Shown here: positions 39,033 to 48,694 of the stretch, in pieces
How positions within the stretch are numbered: the first letter of the stretch is position 1
Layout of the letters: each line of letters opens with the position of its first letter
DNA from: Anaerolineales bacterium UBA2317
Lineage (GTDB): Bacteria > Chloroflexota > Anaerolineae > Anaerolineales > Villigracilaceae
DNA length: 64,000 nucleotides
Reading direction: 5' to 3'
Assembly: GCA_002345215.1 (NCBI GenBank)
Contig: DDVH01000052.1
Span: 2,522-66,521 of the forward strand
Position numbers and translations under genes: made by a program
The notes under the pieces: generated by a model
What the model saw: only the letters and a program-made list of their open reading frames with translations
What the model was told of the DNA's origin: nothing
The model's database searches: none

Positions 39033-39415
39033 GCAGTGTGATTGCTCAATACTTTTTCTACGGCTTGCTTCAAATCTTGAAAGCCTACAGGTTTGGTGAG
39101 GTATACCGCCGCGCCAGCCTCTAATCCAGATTTTATATCGCTTGGCATACTTTTGGCTGAGACGACAATGACCGGGATTTTTGCGAGTTCGGGTTCGCGT
39201 TGCATAAAGCGGAGCACTTCTAAACCAGAAATGTCGGGCATCATAATATCTAATAAAATGACGTCGGGTTTTTCTTGAGCAATCATCGGGATGGCGGGCG
39301 TGCTAGAAAACATCTTAATCACTCGAAAACCGTTCACGCGCATCATCTCGCCGAATAATTCAGCGGCGTCGGTTTCATCTTCAATTATCATCACGGTTTT
39401 TTGGTTTGTGCTCAT
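39029..39415 (-). CDS. Single-domain response regulator
   Basis: IED, LLDIMMP, VVS and TKP; probable start ATG 39415 after GAGG. Confidence 0.92.
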   Translation of the reverse strand: MSTNQKTVMIIEDETDAAELFGEMMRVNGFRVIKMFSSTPAIPMIAQEKPDVILLDIMMPDISGLEVLRFMQREPELAKIPVIVVSAKSMPSDIKSGLEAGAAVYLTKPVGFQDLKQAVEKVLSNHTA

Positions 39416-39527
39416 ACAATTGCCTCTCATCTAAAATAGCATAAAGAATTATAAATGACAAGTGGTTTTTTGTTTCGTTATGATTTCGTAAGAAATCTCT
39501 TTGAGGTTATATCTAATCTTAAAAGAT

Positions 39528-39603
39528 TAGCCACAGAGCACACAGAGAGCACAGAGATTCTTTTTTTCTTTTCTCAAAAAACTCTGTGACCTTTGTGGCT
39601 AAG
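39528..39603. repeat. CACAGAG-type palindromic element
   Basis: TAGCCACAGAGCACACAGAG...CTCTGTGACCTTTGTGGCTA. Confidence 0.8.
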
Positions 39604-39605
39604 AC

Positions 39606-40124
39606 ATGGAGAAACTTATGACAGAATTAGACGATATGCGTGCTGAAAAAGATGATTTTTTTGGAAACCATTTCCAAAGTCCGCTTACGCCAGAACAAAG
39701 AAAAGATTTTAAGGGGTTGAGCTACTTCCCTGAAAACGAAGCCTTGCGCTTGGAAGTGCAAGTGGAAGAGTTTGCCGATAAACCCAGTTTTGAAATGCAA
39801 ACTTCAACGGGTGATACGCGTATTTATGAAAAATATGGGAAGTTTAAGTTTAATGTAGAAGGCGAAGAAGTTGAGTTAACAATTTATCAAGATGGGCATG
39901 GATTCTTTTTGCCGTTTGTGGATTCATTAGCCAACAAAGAGACGTATCCCGCTGGGCGTTATCTTGAACCTGAGCCTTTACCCGGTAATCGCTTCATTGT
40001 GGATTTTAATTTGGCATACAACCCCTACTGCGCCTACAATGAGAAATGGTCTTGCCCCATTACGCCGTTTGAGAATCGGCTGAAAGTGCCGATTCGGGCG
40101 GGTGAAAAATTATTCCATGAATAA
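39606..40124 (+). CDS. DUF1684 family protein
   Basis: FKGLSYF, TYPAGRYL and DFNLAYNPYCAYNEKWSCP. Confidence 0.9.
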   Translation: MEKLMTELDDMRAEKDDFFGNHFQSPLTPEQRKDFKGLSYFPENEALRLEVQVEEFADKPSFEMQTSTGDTRIYEKYGKFKFNVEGEEVELTIYQDGHGFFLPFVDSLANKETYPAGRYLEPEPLPGNRFIVDFNLAYNPYCAYNEKWSCPITPFENRLKVPIRAGEKLFHE

Positions 40125-40164
40125 ATAGACTGTGGACGATAGACCGTAGACAGTGCTGTAATAA

Positions 40165-40195
40165 AAAAACTGACAAGTTTTACTTGTCAGTTTTT
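40165..40195. terminator. Bidirectional terminator-like hairpin
   Basis: AAAAACTGACAAGT-TTT-ACTTGTCAGTTTTT between convergent genes. Confidence 0.75.
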
Positions 40196-40480
40196 GTTTT
40201 GAGTGTTTTCTAGCACACTTAGCAATGCCGCATATTCTTCGTGACAGCCATTGCAAATATCTAAATGTTCGCGCAGAAGCGGGGCGATTTTTTCCACGTC
40301 TCTGCCGTGAAATTTATGTTCCACAAACTCATCCAATTGCATAAACATATCATCACAGGTGATTTCATCTGCCCGCGCACGCTCGAGGATGTTGATAATT
40401 TTAAGCACAACCTCGTCTGTCATTTCGGGTTGTGGGGCAGGTTTGCCGAATAAGTTTTGGAACAGGTCTTTTAATTTCAT
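40187..40480 (-). CDS. Putative soluble zinc-binding anti-sigma factor
   Basis: TC...HLDICNGC (HxxxCxxC); lies directly downstream of an ECF sigma gene. Confidence 0.7.
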   Translation of the reverse strand: MKLKDLFQNLFGKPAPQPEMTDEVVLKIINILERARADEITCDDMFMQLDEFVEHKFHGRDVEKIAPLLREHLDICNGCHEEYAALLSVLENTQNKN

Positions 40481-40513
40481 TCGTTGTCTAAGACGTTTAA
40501 CTTAATATTAATC

Positions 40514-41152
40514 TTACTTTTGCTCAAAGGCACTTAACAAATCTTGTGGGGTCAATTCTTCCATTGAAAGTCGTTTTTTCAACCGCAGACGGGCATCATG
40601 CAGAAGTTTATACAAAGCATTGCGATTGGTTTTCATTTTTTTTGCGGCTTCTTCCATTGGAATATCTTGCAAGCCAAGTAAGGTCAGGGCTTCGCGTTGT
40701 TTTGGGGTTAACTCTTCTTGCAAAATGCGACGGACGCGCTCTAGCATGTCTTTGCGTTCTGCTGAAGTTTCAGGCGATGCCTGAGGGTCAGCTAGCAGGC
40801 CGGGGGGAGGAGGAGCGTCTTCATTTTCAGTGAGTTCATCCAATGAAGCGTCACGCCAACGTTTGCGACGTAATTCGGTGAGAGCAATCCGAATTGCAAT
40901 TTTGTGTACCCATGTTGTAAACAAACTCCGCCCTTCAAATGTATCGAGTTGGTCTAACACGCGCAATAAAGTTTCTTGTGTCACTTCTTCCACAAGCGGC
41001 GGGAAAAGCGGGTCATCGGAAGAGAGCCAACGCGAAAGCGCATACGGCAGACCCTTTTGAATCACATCGCGTAAATCGTTTAACGCTTCTTCATGAGGTA
41101 TGCCTGTGCTTCGTAAATCCGCAAGCCAAGCTTCATTAGTACGGGTAGACAT
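40514..41152 (-). CDS. ECF RNA polymerase sigma factor
   Basis: EEVTQETLLRV, FTTWVHKIAIR (region 2) and region 4 HTH; probable start ATG 41152. Confidence 0.92.
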   Translation of the reverse strand: MSTRTNEAWLADLRSTGIPHEEALNDLRDVIQKGLPYALSRWLSSDDPLFPPLVEEVTQETLLRVLDQLDTFEGRSLFTTWVHKIAIRIALTELRRKRWRDASLDELTENEDAPPPPGLLADPQASPETSAERKDMLERVRRILQEELTPKQREALTLLGLQDIPMEEAAKKMKTNRNALYKLLHDARLRLKKRLSMEELTPQDLLSAFEQK

Positions 41153-41227
41153 TGTGACGGAATTATAAGTTATAAGTTGACTCAAAATCAAATTCTTACA
41201 AAAAATTGAGACTTTTTGATAGGAATA

Positions 41228-41259
41228 AAAAAACATCACCTCAAATGAAGTGATGTTTT
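41228..41259 (-). terminator. Intrinsic terminator after tRNA-Val
   Basis: Minus strand AAAACATCAC-TTCATTTGAG-GTGATGTTTTTTT. Confidence 0.8.
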
Positions 41260-41260
41260 G

Positions 41261-41334
41261 TGGTCTCAACAAGACTCGAACTTGTGACCTCACCGATGTG
41301 AACGGTGCGTTCTAACCAACTGAACTATGAGACC
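41261..41334 (-). tRNA. tRNA-Val (CAC), CCA not encoded
   Basis: GGTCTCA/TGAGACC acceptor stem, D arm AGTTCAGTTGGTTAGAAC, anticodon arm CACCG-TTCACAT-CGGTG, T loop GTTCGAG. Confidence 0.95.
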
Positions 41335-41349
41335 CTATGAGCGACCGAG

Positions 41350-41378
41350 ATTATAGCCGAGCCTCACCCCTTTGACAA
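41350..41378 (-). promoter_or_regulatory. Sigma70-type promoter of tRNA-Val
   Basis: TTGTCA, 17-nt spacer, TATAAT on the minus strand. Confidence 0.8.
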
Positions 41379-41389
41379 GGAAAATATTT

Positions 41390-41449
41390 GTAGGGACACA
41401 GCAAAACGATTTATTGTCATCATCATAAAACGACTCGCTGTGTCCCTAC
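41390..41449. repeat. GTAG-tagged palindrome
   Basis: GTAGGGACACAGC...GCTGTGTCCCTAC. Confidence 0.8.
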
Positions 41450-41458
41450 TTTATATAT

Positions 41459-42622
41459 CTATGGAGGTGGCAAATAACTCCATGGGTTTACTTTCGTACC
41501 CGCCATAATTTCAAAATGCAAATGTGCGCCAGATGAACGCCCGGTATTTCCGATCGCACCAATGACTTCACCTTGACCCACACTTTGTCCGCAACCTACA
41601 TTCAAAGCACTTAAGTGAGCATACAAAGTTTGAAAACCATTGCCATGGTCAATCATAATCATATTGCCATAGCCGTAATCATTCCAACCGGCATATACAA
41701 TCACACCGGCATCTGAAGCATACACGGCTTCCCCTTCATTACCTGCTAAATCAATGCCACTATGATTCGTTTCGAGTGAATAATCAAAGCCTGATAAATA
41801 ACGATTATTCGACGGATATACAAATGCACCATATCCCACTGCACCACCACTGACCGGGTCACACGCACCAGCCCCCAATACGCGAGCAGAGGCGGGGTTT
41901 TCGCGCGTCACACCCAAAGGCGCACTCCAACTCACAAATTCTCTTTCTCCACCGGGAATTATCAACCAAGTTCCAACAGGAATATTGGCGTTGTTATAAT
42001 CACCAACTGTATCTGGGTCAAGATTATTACCGGGAAATTCAATAATATCTGCCGGTGTCACACCATAAAACTCAGCCCAACTGCCAAACGGAATTCCACC
42101 TACCCATTCCCAATACACGCCGTTTACCGGCAAAATATTTAATTCTTGTCCTGGTCTCAATCCATGTGGATTATCCAACAACAAACTGTAATTGCCCCAC
42201 AAAATCGTTTGCGGTTCCAGCCCAAATTTTTCTGCAATCCCAAAAACCGTATCGCCTTCTTGCACCACATAAATAGACATTTCATCACGTGGGCGAGTAG
42301 GGATATTGGTATGAATTTGTGCCGAACGTGATATGCCTTCATCAATAGCGACATTTACAGCCGGCACAGATTCTATGTTGATAATTTCGCTTCCTTCTGG
42401 ACCTTCAACCTGCTCTTGCTGTTCAACATTCCCTTGCGCCTGAGCAAAATACGAACGTGTTAACAAAACCACAGTCACAATCGCCAAAACAGAAAAAAGA
42501 TTCGTTCCCACTTTAAGCAACGATTCCCCCAAACCTATGGAGGCTAAATTGTTAAACAGGCGGCTAAAAAACGAACCTTGTCTTACAGGCTCTTCTTGAT
42601 TGTTAGATTCTTGATTACTCAT
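41459..42622 (-). CDS. LysM + M23 peptidase, membrane-anchored
   Basis: YVVQEGDTVFGIA (LysM); HSGID, TLYAHL and GAHLHFE (M23). Start 42622 chosen because TG-T-TATGAT lies 7 nt upstream. Confidence 0.92.
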   Translation of the reverse strand: MSNQESNNQEEPVRQGSFFSRLFNNLASIGLGESLLKVGTNLFSVLAIVTVVLLTRSYFAQAQGNVEQQEQVEGPEGSEIINIESVPAVNVAIDEGISRSAQIHTNIPTRPRDEMSIYVVQEGDTVFGIAEKFGLEPQTILWGNYSLLLDNPHGLRPGQELNILPVNGVYWEWVGGIPFGSWAEFYGVTPADIIEFPGNNLDPDTVGDYNNANIPVGTWLIIPGGEREFVSWSAPLGVTRENPASARVLGAGACDPVSGGAVGYGAFVYPSNNRYLSGFDYSLETNHSGIDLAGNEGEAVYASDAGVIVYAGWNDYGYGNMIMIDHGNGFQTLYAHLSALNVGCGQSVGQGEVIGAIGNTGRSSGAHLHFEIMAGTKVNPWSYLPPP

Positions 42623-42676
42623 ATTCATCATCATAACATGGGCAAAAAATGTCGGTCAAGTTTTGCCCATAAATAC

Positions 42677-43948
42677 TTATTTTTCGTTAATAGGTGCATT
42701 GCCTCTACGCTGTCTAAAAAACAATCTCACTAATATCACACTTAACAAAGAAATCAAACCACCAGCCACAAGCGAAGTTTGCACACTCCATGTTTGCGCA
42801 ATCCAACCAATGACGATACTCCCAAACGGAGCCACGCCTTGTAAACCCCAAAAATAAATGCTGAACACTCGTCCGCGTAATTCATTCGGCACACGGATTT
42901 GAATCATCGTGTTCATCGTAATTAATTGAGTCACCGTTCCCCAGCCGATGAATGCTAACAAAATAAACACGACGCTTAAATTTGTCACTATCCCTAACAA
43001 AGTGACAGGGATGATAAATAAAATTTGCCCCCATAACAGCATTTTGTTTTTGTTTGCCGAACTGAGATACGCCATCATAAACGCGGCAGTGACTGCGCCA
43101 ACGCCTTGCGCGAGATACATATTGCTAGTGCGTGCGGCGATGATGGTTTCAGTATCAAATATAGTGGATAAGACATCTCGGGCGAGGGCTGGCGTTTGTT
43201 GTAACAATGGAATACCAAAAAAGCCTAACAAAGCCGACATCAAAATAGCAGACAATACAACAGCATTCCCGCGAATGTAACTCAAGCCTTCTCTAAATTC
43301 TCGTGCCATGCCTTGAGACGGTATATTTTCTTTTTCAACTTTATATCTTGTTCGGGCAACAAACAAACCTGCCACCACAAATACAAAACTGATTCCATTT
43401 ACTAAAAAGACACTGCCTTCATTGCCCGTCCATGCGATTAAACCTGCCGCACACAAAGGTCCGATGATTCTGCCTAAGTTGAAAGCGGTGGTTTGTAATG
43501 CAATAGCACTGGGTAGGGCTTCTTTGCCGGCTAATTCAATCAGCATGGCTTGGCGAGCGGTCACTTCAACGGCGACAGCAGAACCATAAATAAATGCCAA
43601 TGTGGCGATGTGCCAAATTTGCAATTGATTGGTGAAAGTAAGATACGCTAAACCAAATGCTTGCACAGACATCAAAATTTGTAAAATGATAGTGGCTTTG
43701 CGTTTATCCCAACGTTCAACTAAAACGCCAGCGGGTAATGCAAATAATAATGTGGGTAATGTGGTTGCGAAACCAATTAATCCCAAATCTAATGGGCGAC
43801 CTGAAATGCGATAAGCAAGGTAAGGTAATGCAGTGGCTTGCATCCATGTGCCAATGACTGAAACAAATTGACCAATGAGAAAGAGAACATAATCTCGTGA
43901 GGATAGCGCGGGGAAGTGACTGGTTAACCAGCTTTTGATAGATGCCAT
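42677..43948 (-). CDS. MFS transporter (DUF894/H+ antiporter-like)
   Basis: About 12 TM; GTWMQ, LPAGVLVERWD and ELRGRV motifs. Confidence 0.9.
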   Translation of the reverse strand: MASIKSWLTSHFPALSSRDYVLFLIGQFVSVIGTWMQATALPYLAYRISGRPLDLGLIGFATTLPTLLFALPAGVLVERWDKRKATIILQILMSVQAFGLAYLTFTNQLQIWHIATLAFIYGSAVAVEVTARQAMLIELAGKEALPSAIALQTTAFNLGRIIGPLCAAGLIAWTGNEGSVFLVNGISFVFVVAGLFVARTRYKVEKENIPSQGMAREFREGLSYIRGNAVVLSAILMSALLGFFGIPLLQQTPALARDVLSTIFDTETIIAARTSNMYLAQGVGAVTAAFMMAYLSSANKNKMLLWGQILFIIPVTLLGIVTNLSVVFILLAFIGWGTVTQLITMNTMIQIRVPNELRGRVFSIYFWGLQGVAPFGSIVIGWIAQTWSVQTSLVAGGLISLLSVILVRLFFRQRRGNAPINEK

Positions 43949-43997
43949 GTATTTTTTCTATGTTAAGAGTTAATTGCTAAAAGCTAAATGCTAACAG

Positions 43998-44663
43998 CTA
44001 GATTGGAACCACACATTCAGCCACGTCGTTGCTGGGTTTGTTGACCAATGTTGAAACAGCGTGTGCAGTCATTTTGGAGGTAGAAAAAGGTTGAATGAGT
44101 GGAAGCAGGTCGCCCGAAGATTGAGGCGTTGGGTCAAGCCATTTATCATAATCTTTTGGATTCAAAATCACAGGCATTCTGTTATGCAATGAAGACATCA
44201 ACTCATTTGGTTCAGTGGTGATGATAGTGCATGTGCGAATTGAACTGCCATCGGGTGAATTCCATTCATCCCACAAACCTGCAAACGCAAACGGCTCACG
44301 GTTTTTCATGTGAATGAAATACGGCGTTTTTGTTTTTTGATTTTGGTTGGCTTTCCATTCATAAAAGCCATCGGCAAGAATCAAACAACGTTTGTATTTG
44401 AGACTGCCACGAAAGGATGGTTTTTCTGCAATTGTTTCACCGCGTGCATTGATGAGTTTGTTTCCAATGCTTGGGTCTTTCGACCATGATGGAATTAAAC
44501 CCCACACAAAAAAATCGGCTTTATTCTTCGCATCATTTGGAATCGCTAACACGGGTTGGGTGGGGGCGATGTTGAAACGTGGCGCAAATTTTTTTGGAAA
44601 TTCAAAATCTGCAAACGCTTCTAAGTCTGACGGGTCAACTGTAAGTGTGAACCTTCCGCACAT
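43998..44663 (-). CDS. SRAP (SOS response-associated peptidase) abasic-site protein
   Basis: True start MCGRFTL at 44663 (catalytic Cys2); RFNIAPTQ, INARGET, FYEW and HNRMP. Confidence 0.95.
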   Translation of the reverse strand: MCGRFTLTVDPSDLEAFADFEFPKKFAPRFNIAPTQPVLAIPNDAKNKADFFVWGLIPSWSKDPSIGNKLINARGETIAEKPSFRGSLKYKRCLILADGFYEWKANQNQKTKTPYFIHMKNREPFAFAGLWDEWNSPDGSSIRTCTIITTEPNELMSSLHNRMPVILNPKDYDKWLDPTPQSSGDLLPLIQPFSTSKMTAHAVSTLVNKPSNDVAECVVPI

Positions 44664-44680
44664 GATTTCTCCTTTTGCAT

Positions 44681-46723
44681 TTATGCTAACGTAAAATAAA
44701 ACGTTGAACCTTTGCCAAGTTCTGATTCGACCCAAATTTTACCGCCATGTACTTCTACAATTCTTTTGACAAGTGTTAAACCAATACCAGAGCCAGGTGA
44801 ATCAGAATCTAATTTATTGAACAAACCAAAGATTCTATCTATAAACTGTGAGTCAATGCCGATGCCATTATCTTGAACAAAAAAAGTTATTGGTCTTTCT
44901 GCATCTACAATGGAACCAATGCGAATAACCGGGTTAGGTTGGTTGCCCATAAACTTAATTGCATTTTCTATTAAGTTTTGCAACACTTCAACCAAGCGAA
45001 TTTTATCGCCAAATACTTTGTGACCTCTATCCACAAACTCAATTTTTACATTTCGGGCTTTGATATTTCCCTCGACAATGGCTAATGCCTCACGCACAAT
45101 TTCTCCAAAACTCGTTTCCACAGGGTCATTCATCATTCTTCCAATGCGCGAGAGTTCTAACAAATCTTTGAGCAAGGTTTGCATTTTCTCAACGGCTTGA
45201 TGAATGCGCTTCAAATCTTGATTGAATCGGTCAAAGTCTCCAGCACGGGCACTTTTTTCGAGATAGTTTAAGAATCCAGTAATTGTGACCAAAGGTGATT
45301 TTAAGTCGTGTGAAACAGTGTAAGTGAATCTTTCAAGTTCTGTATTTTTTGCTTCAAGTTCTTTAATTAATGTCTCACGTTCAAATTCGGCTTTTTTTCT
45401 TTCGGTAATTTCACGCGAAATGCCAGTTGTACCAATTACTTCACCACTTGAATTGGTAATCGGTGTTTTGATTGTCTCAGCCCAACGGATTTTTCCATTT
45501 CCTAAATCTACTTTTTCTTCAATTCTTAAGCGTTGCTTCGTTTCCATCACTTGCTTGTCACCATCGCGATAAGCATCAGCAAATTCGTAAGGGAAAATAT
45601 CAAAATCGGTTTTGCCAATAATTTGATAAGCATCCAATTCTACAAATTTAATAAACTCCTCATTAACCGCAATGTAATATCCTTTTTTGTCCTTCATCCA
45701 TGCCATATCTGGAATATTATTTAAGATAGCAGTTTGTTGCAGTACGGTTTCTCGTAATTTTTCTTCTGCTATTTTTTGCCGAGTGACATCTTGCACAGCA
45801 CCTACAATGCCCTCTAAGCGATTTTCTTTTTTATTCCAGATTGGGTGAGCAAAGACACGTTCCCAACGAATTGAACCATCTTTAGCAAATGTGCGAATTT
45901 CAGAATTGACCACATCCCTATTTCTTAACAACTTCTGCATATCGGCTTCATCTTTTTTAATGTCATCTGGGTGCATGTGACCAGTCCAACCACCACTAGC
46001 GACATATTCTTCCATTGAATAGCCTGTCATTTTCTCAAATGCCCCGGCTACCCAAAGTAACTTTGCATTCCCTTGTTCATCTACTTCACTTTCAAAGGTG
46101 TAATCTGAACTCACTTCTGAAATCCACTTTTGTTTTTCGTCACTTTTTCTAACGCGTTCTAAAGCTTCATTCAAAGTCCGCGCAGATAAATATTGTAAAA
46201 GCGCAATCATCGGCAAAACCACTAAACTGACCAACCAAGTGAGTAATGGCGGATTGCTCTCAGAAAATTGAATCATTCCTGTTCTATCACGAATTATCAT
46301 CACCAAGCCAGAGGCGACAGATAAAACAGCAACTATAAGAGAAACTTTTGGACCAAGCAAAAGCCCACTCATGATGATAGCTAACAAATACCCAAAACTA
46401 TAGGCTTCACTCCTTAACCCAGAACCAGTGAATGCAACTGCAGTAAAAAAAATCCAAAATATGACAACTTGAATCACAGAAGCTTGGCGTACATATCCGC
46501 GTCGCATCATATAAAGCAAAAATGAATTAAGAGTAACAACGATAATGATTTCAATTCCAACGCGTCTGGCAATTTCAGGTTCAAGTGCAGGTACAAAGAT
46601 TGTCATCAAAAGGGCGATGAAAATTAATCCCCATAAAATCATATTTAACAAATACGCCTGATGCGTATCAAACTCGTTATCAAAAACAGGAGGTTTTAGA
46701 ATCTTTTTTAAAAACTCAAACAT
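44681..46723 (-). CDS. Membrane sensor histidine kinase with two PAS domains
   Basis: N-terminal TM bundle, PAS (HPDD, GKTDFD), canonical VSHDLKSPL, DNGIGI and GSGIGL. Confidence 0.93.
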   Translation of the reverse strand: MFEFLKKILKPPVFDNEFDTHQAYLLNMILWGLIFIALLMTIFVPALEPEIARRVGIEIIIVVTLNSFLLYMMRRGYVRQASVIQVVIFWIFFTAVAFTGSGLRSEAYSFGYLLAIIMSGLLLGPKVSLIVAVLSVASGLVMIIRDRTGMIQFSESNPPLLTWLVSLVVLPMIALLQYLSARTLNEALERVRKSDEKQKWISEVSSDYTFESEVDEQGNAKLLWVAGAFEKMTGYSMEEYVASGGWTGHMHPDDIKKDEADMQKLLRNRDVVNSEIRTFAKDGSIRWERVFAHPIWNKKENRLEGIVGAVQDVTRQKIAEEKLRETVLQQTAILNNIPDMAWMKDKKGYYIAVNEEFIKFVELDAYQIIGKTDFDIFPYEFADAYRDGDKQVMETKQRLRIEEKVDLGNGKIRWAETIKTPITNSSGEVIGTTGISREITERKKAEFERETLIKELEAKNTELERFTYTVSHDLKSPLVTITGFLNYLEKSARAGDFDRFNQDLKRIHQAVEKMQTLLKDLLELSRIGRMMNDPVETSFGEIVREALAIVEGNIKARNVKIEFVDRGHKVFGDKIRLVEVLQNLIENAIKFMGNQPNPVIRIGSIVDAERPITFFVQDNGIGIDSQFIDRIFGLFNKLDSDSPGSGIGLTLVKRIVEVHGGKIWVESELGKGSTFYFTLA

Positions 46724-46727
46724 TATT

Positions 46728-48608
46728 TCACTTTAACTTCCGCACATCACCTGCGCGAACAGTAATATTGATTGCGTCCAAATATTCCAATACAGCCTGT
46801 GCATATTTTCGTGTCGTGCTAAATATATCACGCGCTTCTGCTAAAGTAATTTGTCCGCTTTGTTTGATGTGCGATTTTATTTTTTCTAGCATGTCATCAT
46901 AATCTTTTTTACGGAAGATGACATCCTGCGAAACAGAAATCAACTCATTAGACTCAAGCAAAGCATTTAAGACTTCTTCACCGACGTCACCCTGACATTC
47001 TTTAACGCTTGGCGTGGCGTATGGATTCTCTTCAAACTTCCGCATCAGATTCTTAACCGCGGCTTGCTCTTGCTGTGTAAACAGAATCTCATGTTCAGGC
47101 ATGGAGACGACATTCGTAAAACGTAATTCGTGATTCGTGATTAAAAACTCCAGAACAATGTTAAATTGTTTGCTTGAAAGTTTGATTTTGTTTTTTAATT
47201 CCTCTTTCGGCATTCCACTTCGTAAGCGATATTGTTTGTGATAATCACTGACAAGCCCTAATATTTTTTCTTTCGTTTTCTGCCATTCAGAGAATGAGAC
47301 AACAAGCGACTCTGGATTTTTATTTTCTTCCAAAAGAATTATGTGCTGATTTGCAATTAATTCATCTATCGCGGTTTCAAATTGTTCAGAATCCAAACGA
47401 GATTTTGATGTAACATCTTTTATAGAAGCAATTCCTAAAGCCGATGCGGCTTCAAGTAAAACTTCGGCTGGTGAGCCATGTGAAAGTGCTTCTAAAGACT
47501 TCAATACATCTTCATCGAATCTTTTATGCCTGCCTTTGGGCTGATGGTCAACAATGATTCCGCCACCGAGCGTTTCACTGGGAGAAGGTCTGCGTAAAAT
47601 ATATCTATCATCACGCACTGCCAAAATAGGTTCTCGTAATTCAAGTTGAATCCAACCTGTTTCAGCGGCTTTGAGTTCTTCTGTGCCGAGTAAACGGATT
47701 GTGGCAATGCCTTCACTTGCACCCACAAAAAACTTTACTTCATCGCCATGTTTAATTGGATTGCTTATATCTTTCAATAAATTTAATTTAGCATCTATTC
47801 TTCTTGTGGCTTGATATTGATTTGGATGTACAAGCACATCTCCACGCTTGATAGATTCTGTTTCTATTCCAGAAATATTGACAGCAGTTCTTGAGCCCGG
47901 CGTTGCAGTCTCTTCTTTTTTCTTGTGGGTTTGAAGTCCGCGTATTCTGCCTTTTAGATTGTTTGGCAAAATTTCAATTTCATCACCAACATTTAATTCA
48001 CCATCACTCAATGTGCCTGTAACGACTGTGCCAAATCCGCTCATGCTGAAGACGCGATCAATAGGCAGGCGGGGGCGATTCAAATTTGGGCGAATCGGTT
48101 TGTTTTCAAGCAGAGATTGGAGATTGGTAATTAATTCATCCAACCCTGTTTTATTTTTTGCAGAAACTTTGATTATTGGAGAATCTTTTAGAGTTGTATT
48201 GCTGAGAGTTTGGCGAATGTCGAGTTCGAGCAACTCAAGCCACCCTGAGTCTGAGGCGAGGTCGGTTTTTGTCAAAACAATTAAGGCGGATGAAATCTCT
48301 AGTAAATCTAAGATGGCGAGATGTTCTTTGGTTTGTGGCATGATGCCTTCATCTGCGGCGATGATTAATAAAGCCGCATCAATGCCACCGATGCCTGCTA
48401 GCATGTTTTCAATAAAATCTCTATGACCGGGCACATCGACAATGCCAACCTCTTCACCGTTTGGAAGGGTAAGCCAAGCGAAACCCAATTCAATGGTCAT
48501 TTCGCGGGCTTGTTCTTCTTTGAGGCGGTCGGGGTGTGTGCCTGTGAGTGCTTGAATTAATGTCGATTTGCCGTGGTCAACATGACCAGCCGTACCGATA
48601 ACTCTCAT
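46728..48608 (-). CDS. selB: Selenocysteine-specific elongation factor
   Basis: GTAGHVDHGKS, RLKEEQAREMTIELGF, DVPGH and C-terminal winged helices ending TRKYAQAVLEYLD. Confidence 0.96.
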   Translation of the reverse strand: MRVIGTAGHVDHGKSTLIQALTGTHPDRLKEEQAREMTIELGFAWLTLPNGEEVGIVDVPGHRDFIENMLAGIGGIDAALLIIAADEGIMPQTKEHLAILDLLEISSALIVLTKTDLASDSGWLELLELDIRQTLSNTTLKDSPIIKVSAKNKTGLDELITNLQSLLENKPIRPNLNRPRLPIDRVFSMSGFGTVVTGTLSDGELNVGDEIEILPNNLKGRIRGLQTHKKKEETATPGSRTAVNISGIETESIKRGDVLVHPNQYQATRRIDAKLNLLKDISNPIKHGDEVKFFVGASEGIATIRLLGTEELKAAETGWIQLELREPILAVRDDRYILRRPSPSETLGGGIIVDHQPKGRHKRFDEDVLKSLEALSHGSPAEVLLEAASALGIASIKDVTSKSRLDSEQFETAIDELIANQHIILLEENKNPESLVVSFSEWQKTKEKILGLVSDYHKQYRLRSGMPKEELKNKIKLSSKQFNIVLEFLITNHELRFTNVVSMPEHEILFTQQEQAAVKNLMRKFEENPYATPSVKECQGDVGEEVLNALLESNELISVSQDVIFRKKDYDDMLEKIKSHIKQSGQITLAEARDIFSTTRKYAQAVLEYLDAINITVRAGDVRKLK

Positions 48609-48617
48609 TAATAAAAA

Positions 48618-48667
48618 TTCTTTCCACTTTCCTCTTTGCTTTTGAATGAAAGAAGAAAGAGGAAAGA
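48618..48667. repeat. GAAAGAR heptamer inverted repeat
   Basis: TCTTTCCACTTTCCTCTTT...AAAGAAGAAAGAGGAAAGA; same family as 15301-15378. Confidence 0.7.
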
Positions 48668-48694
48668 TTCTATTTACTGATTACTGAAAACTGA

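Noticed and set aside
39482-39530. Short palindromes GATTTC-GTAA-GAAATC and CTAATCTT-AA-AAGATTAG as operators
   Set aside because: They are single occurrences in AT-rich DNA, adjacent to a repeat element, with no cognate regulator to test against.
41261-41334. Genomic island integrated at tRNA-Val
   Set aside because: No integrase and no duplicate of the tRNA 3' end seen in the window; a normal terminator follows.
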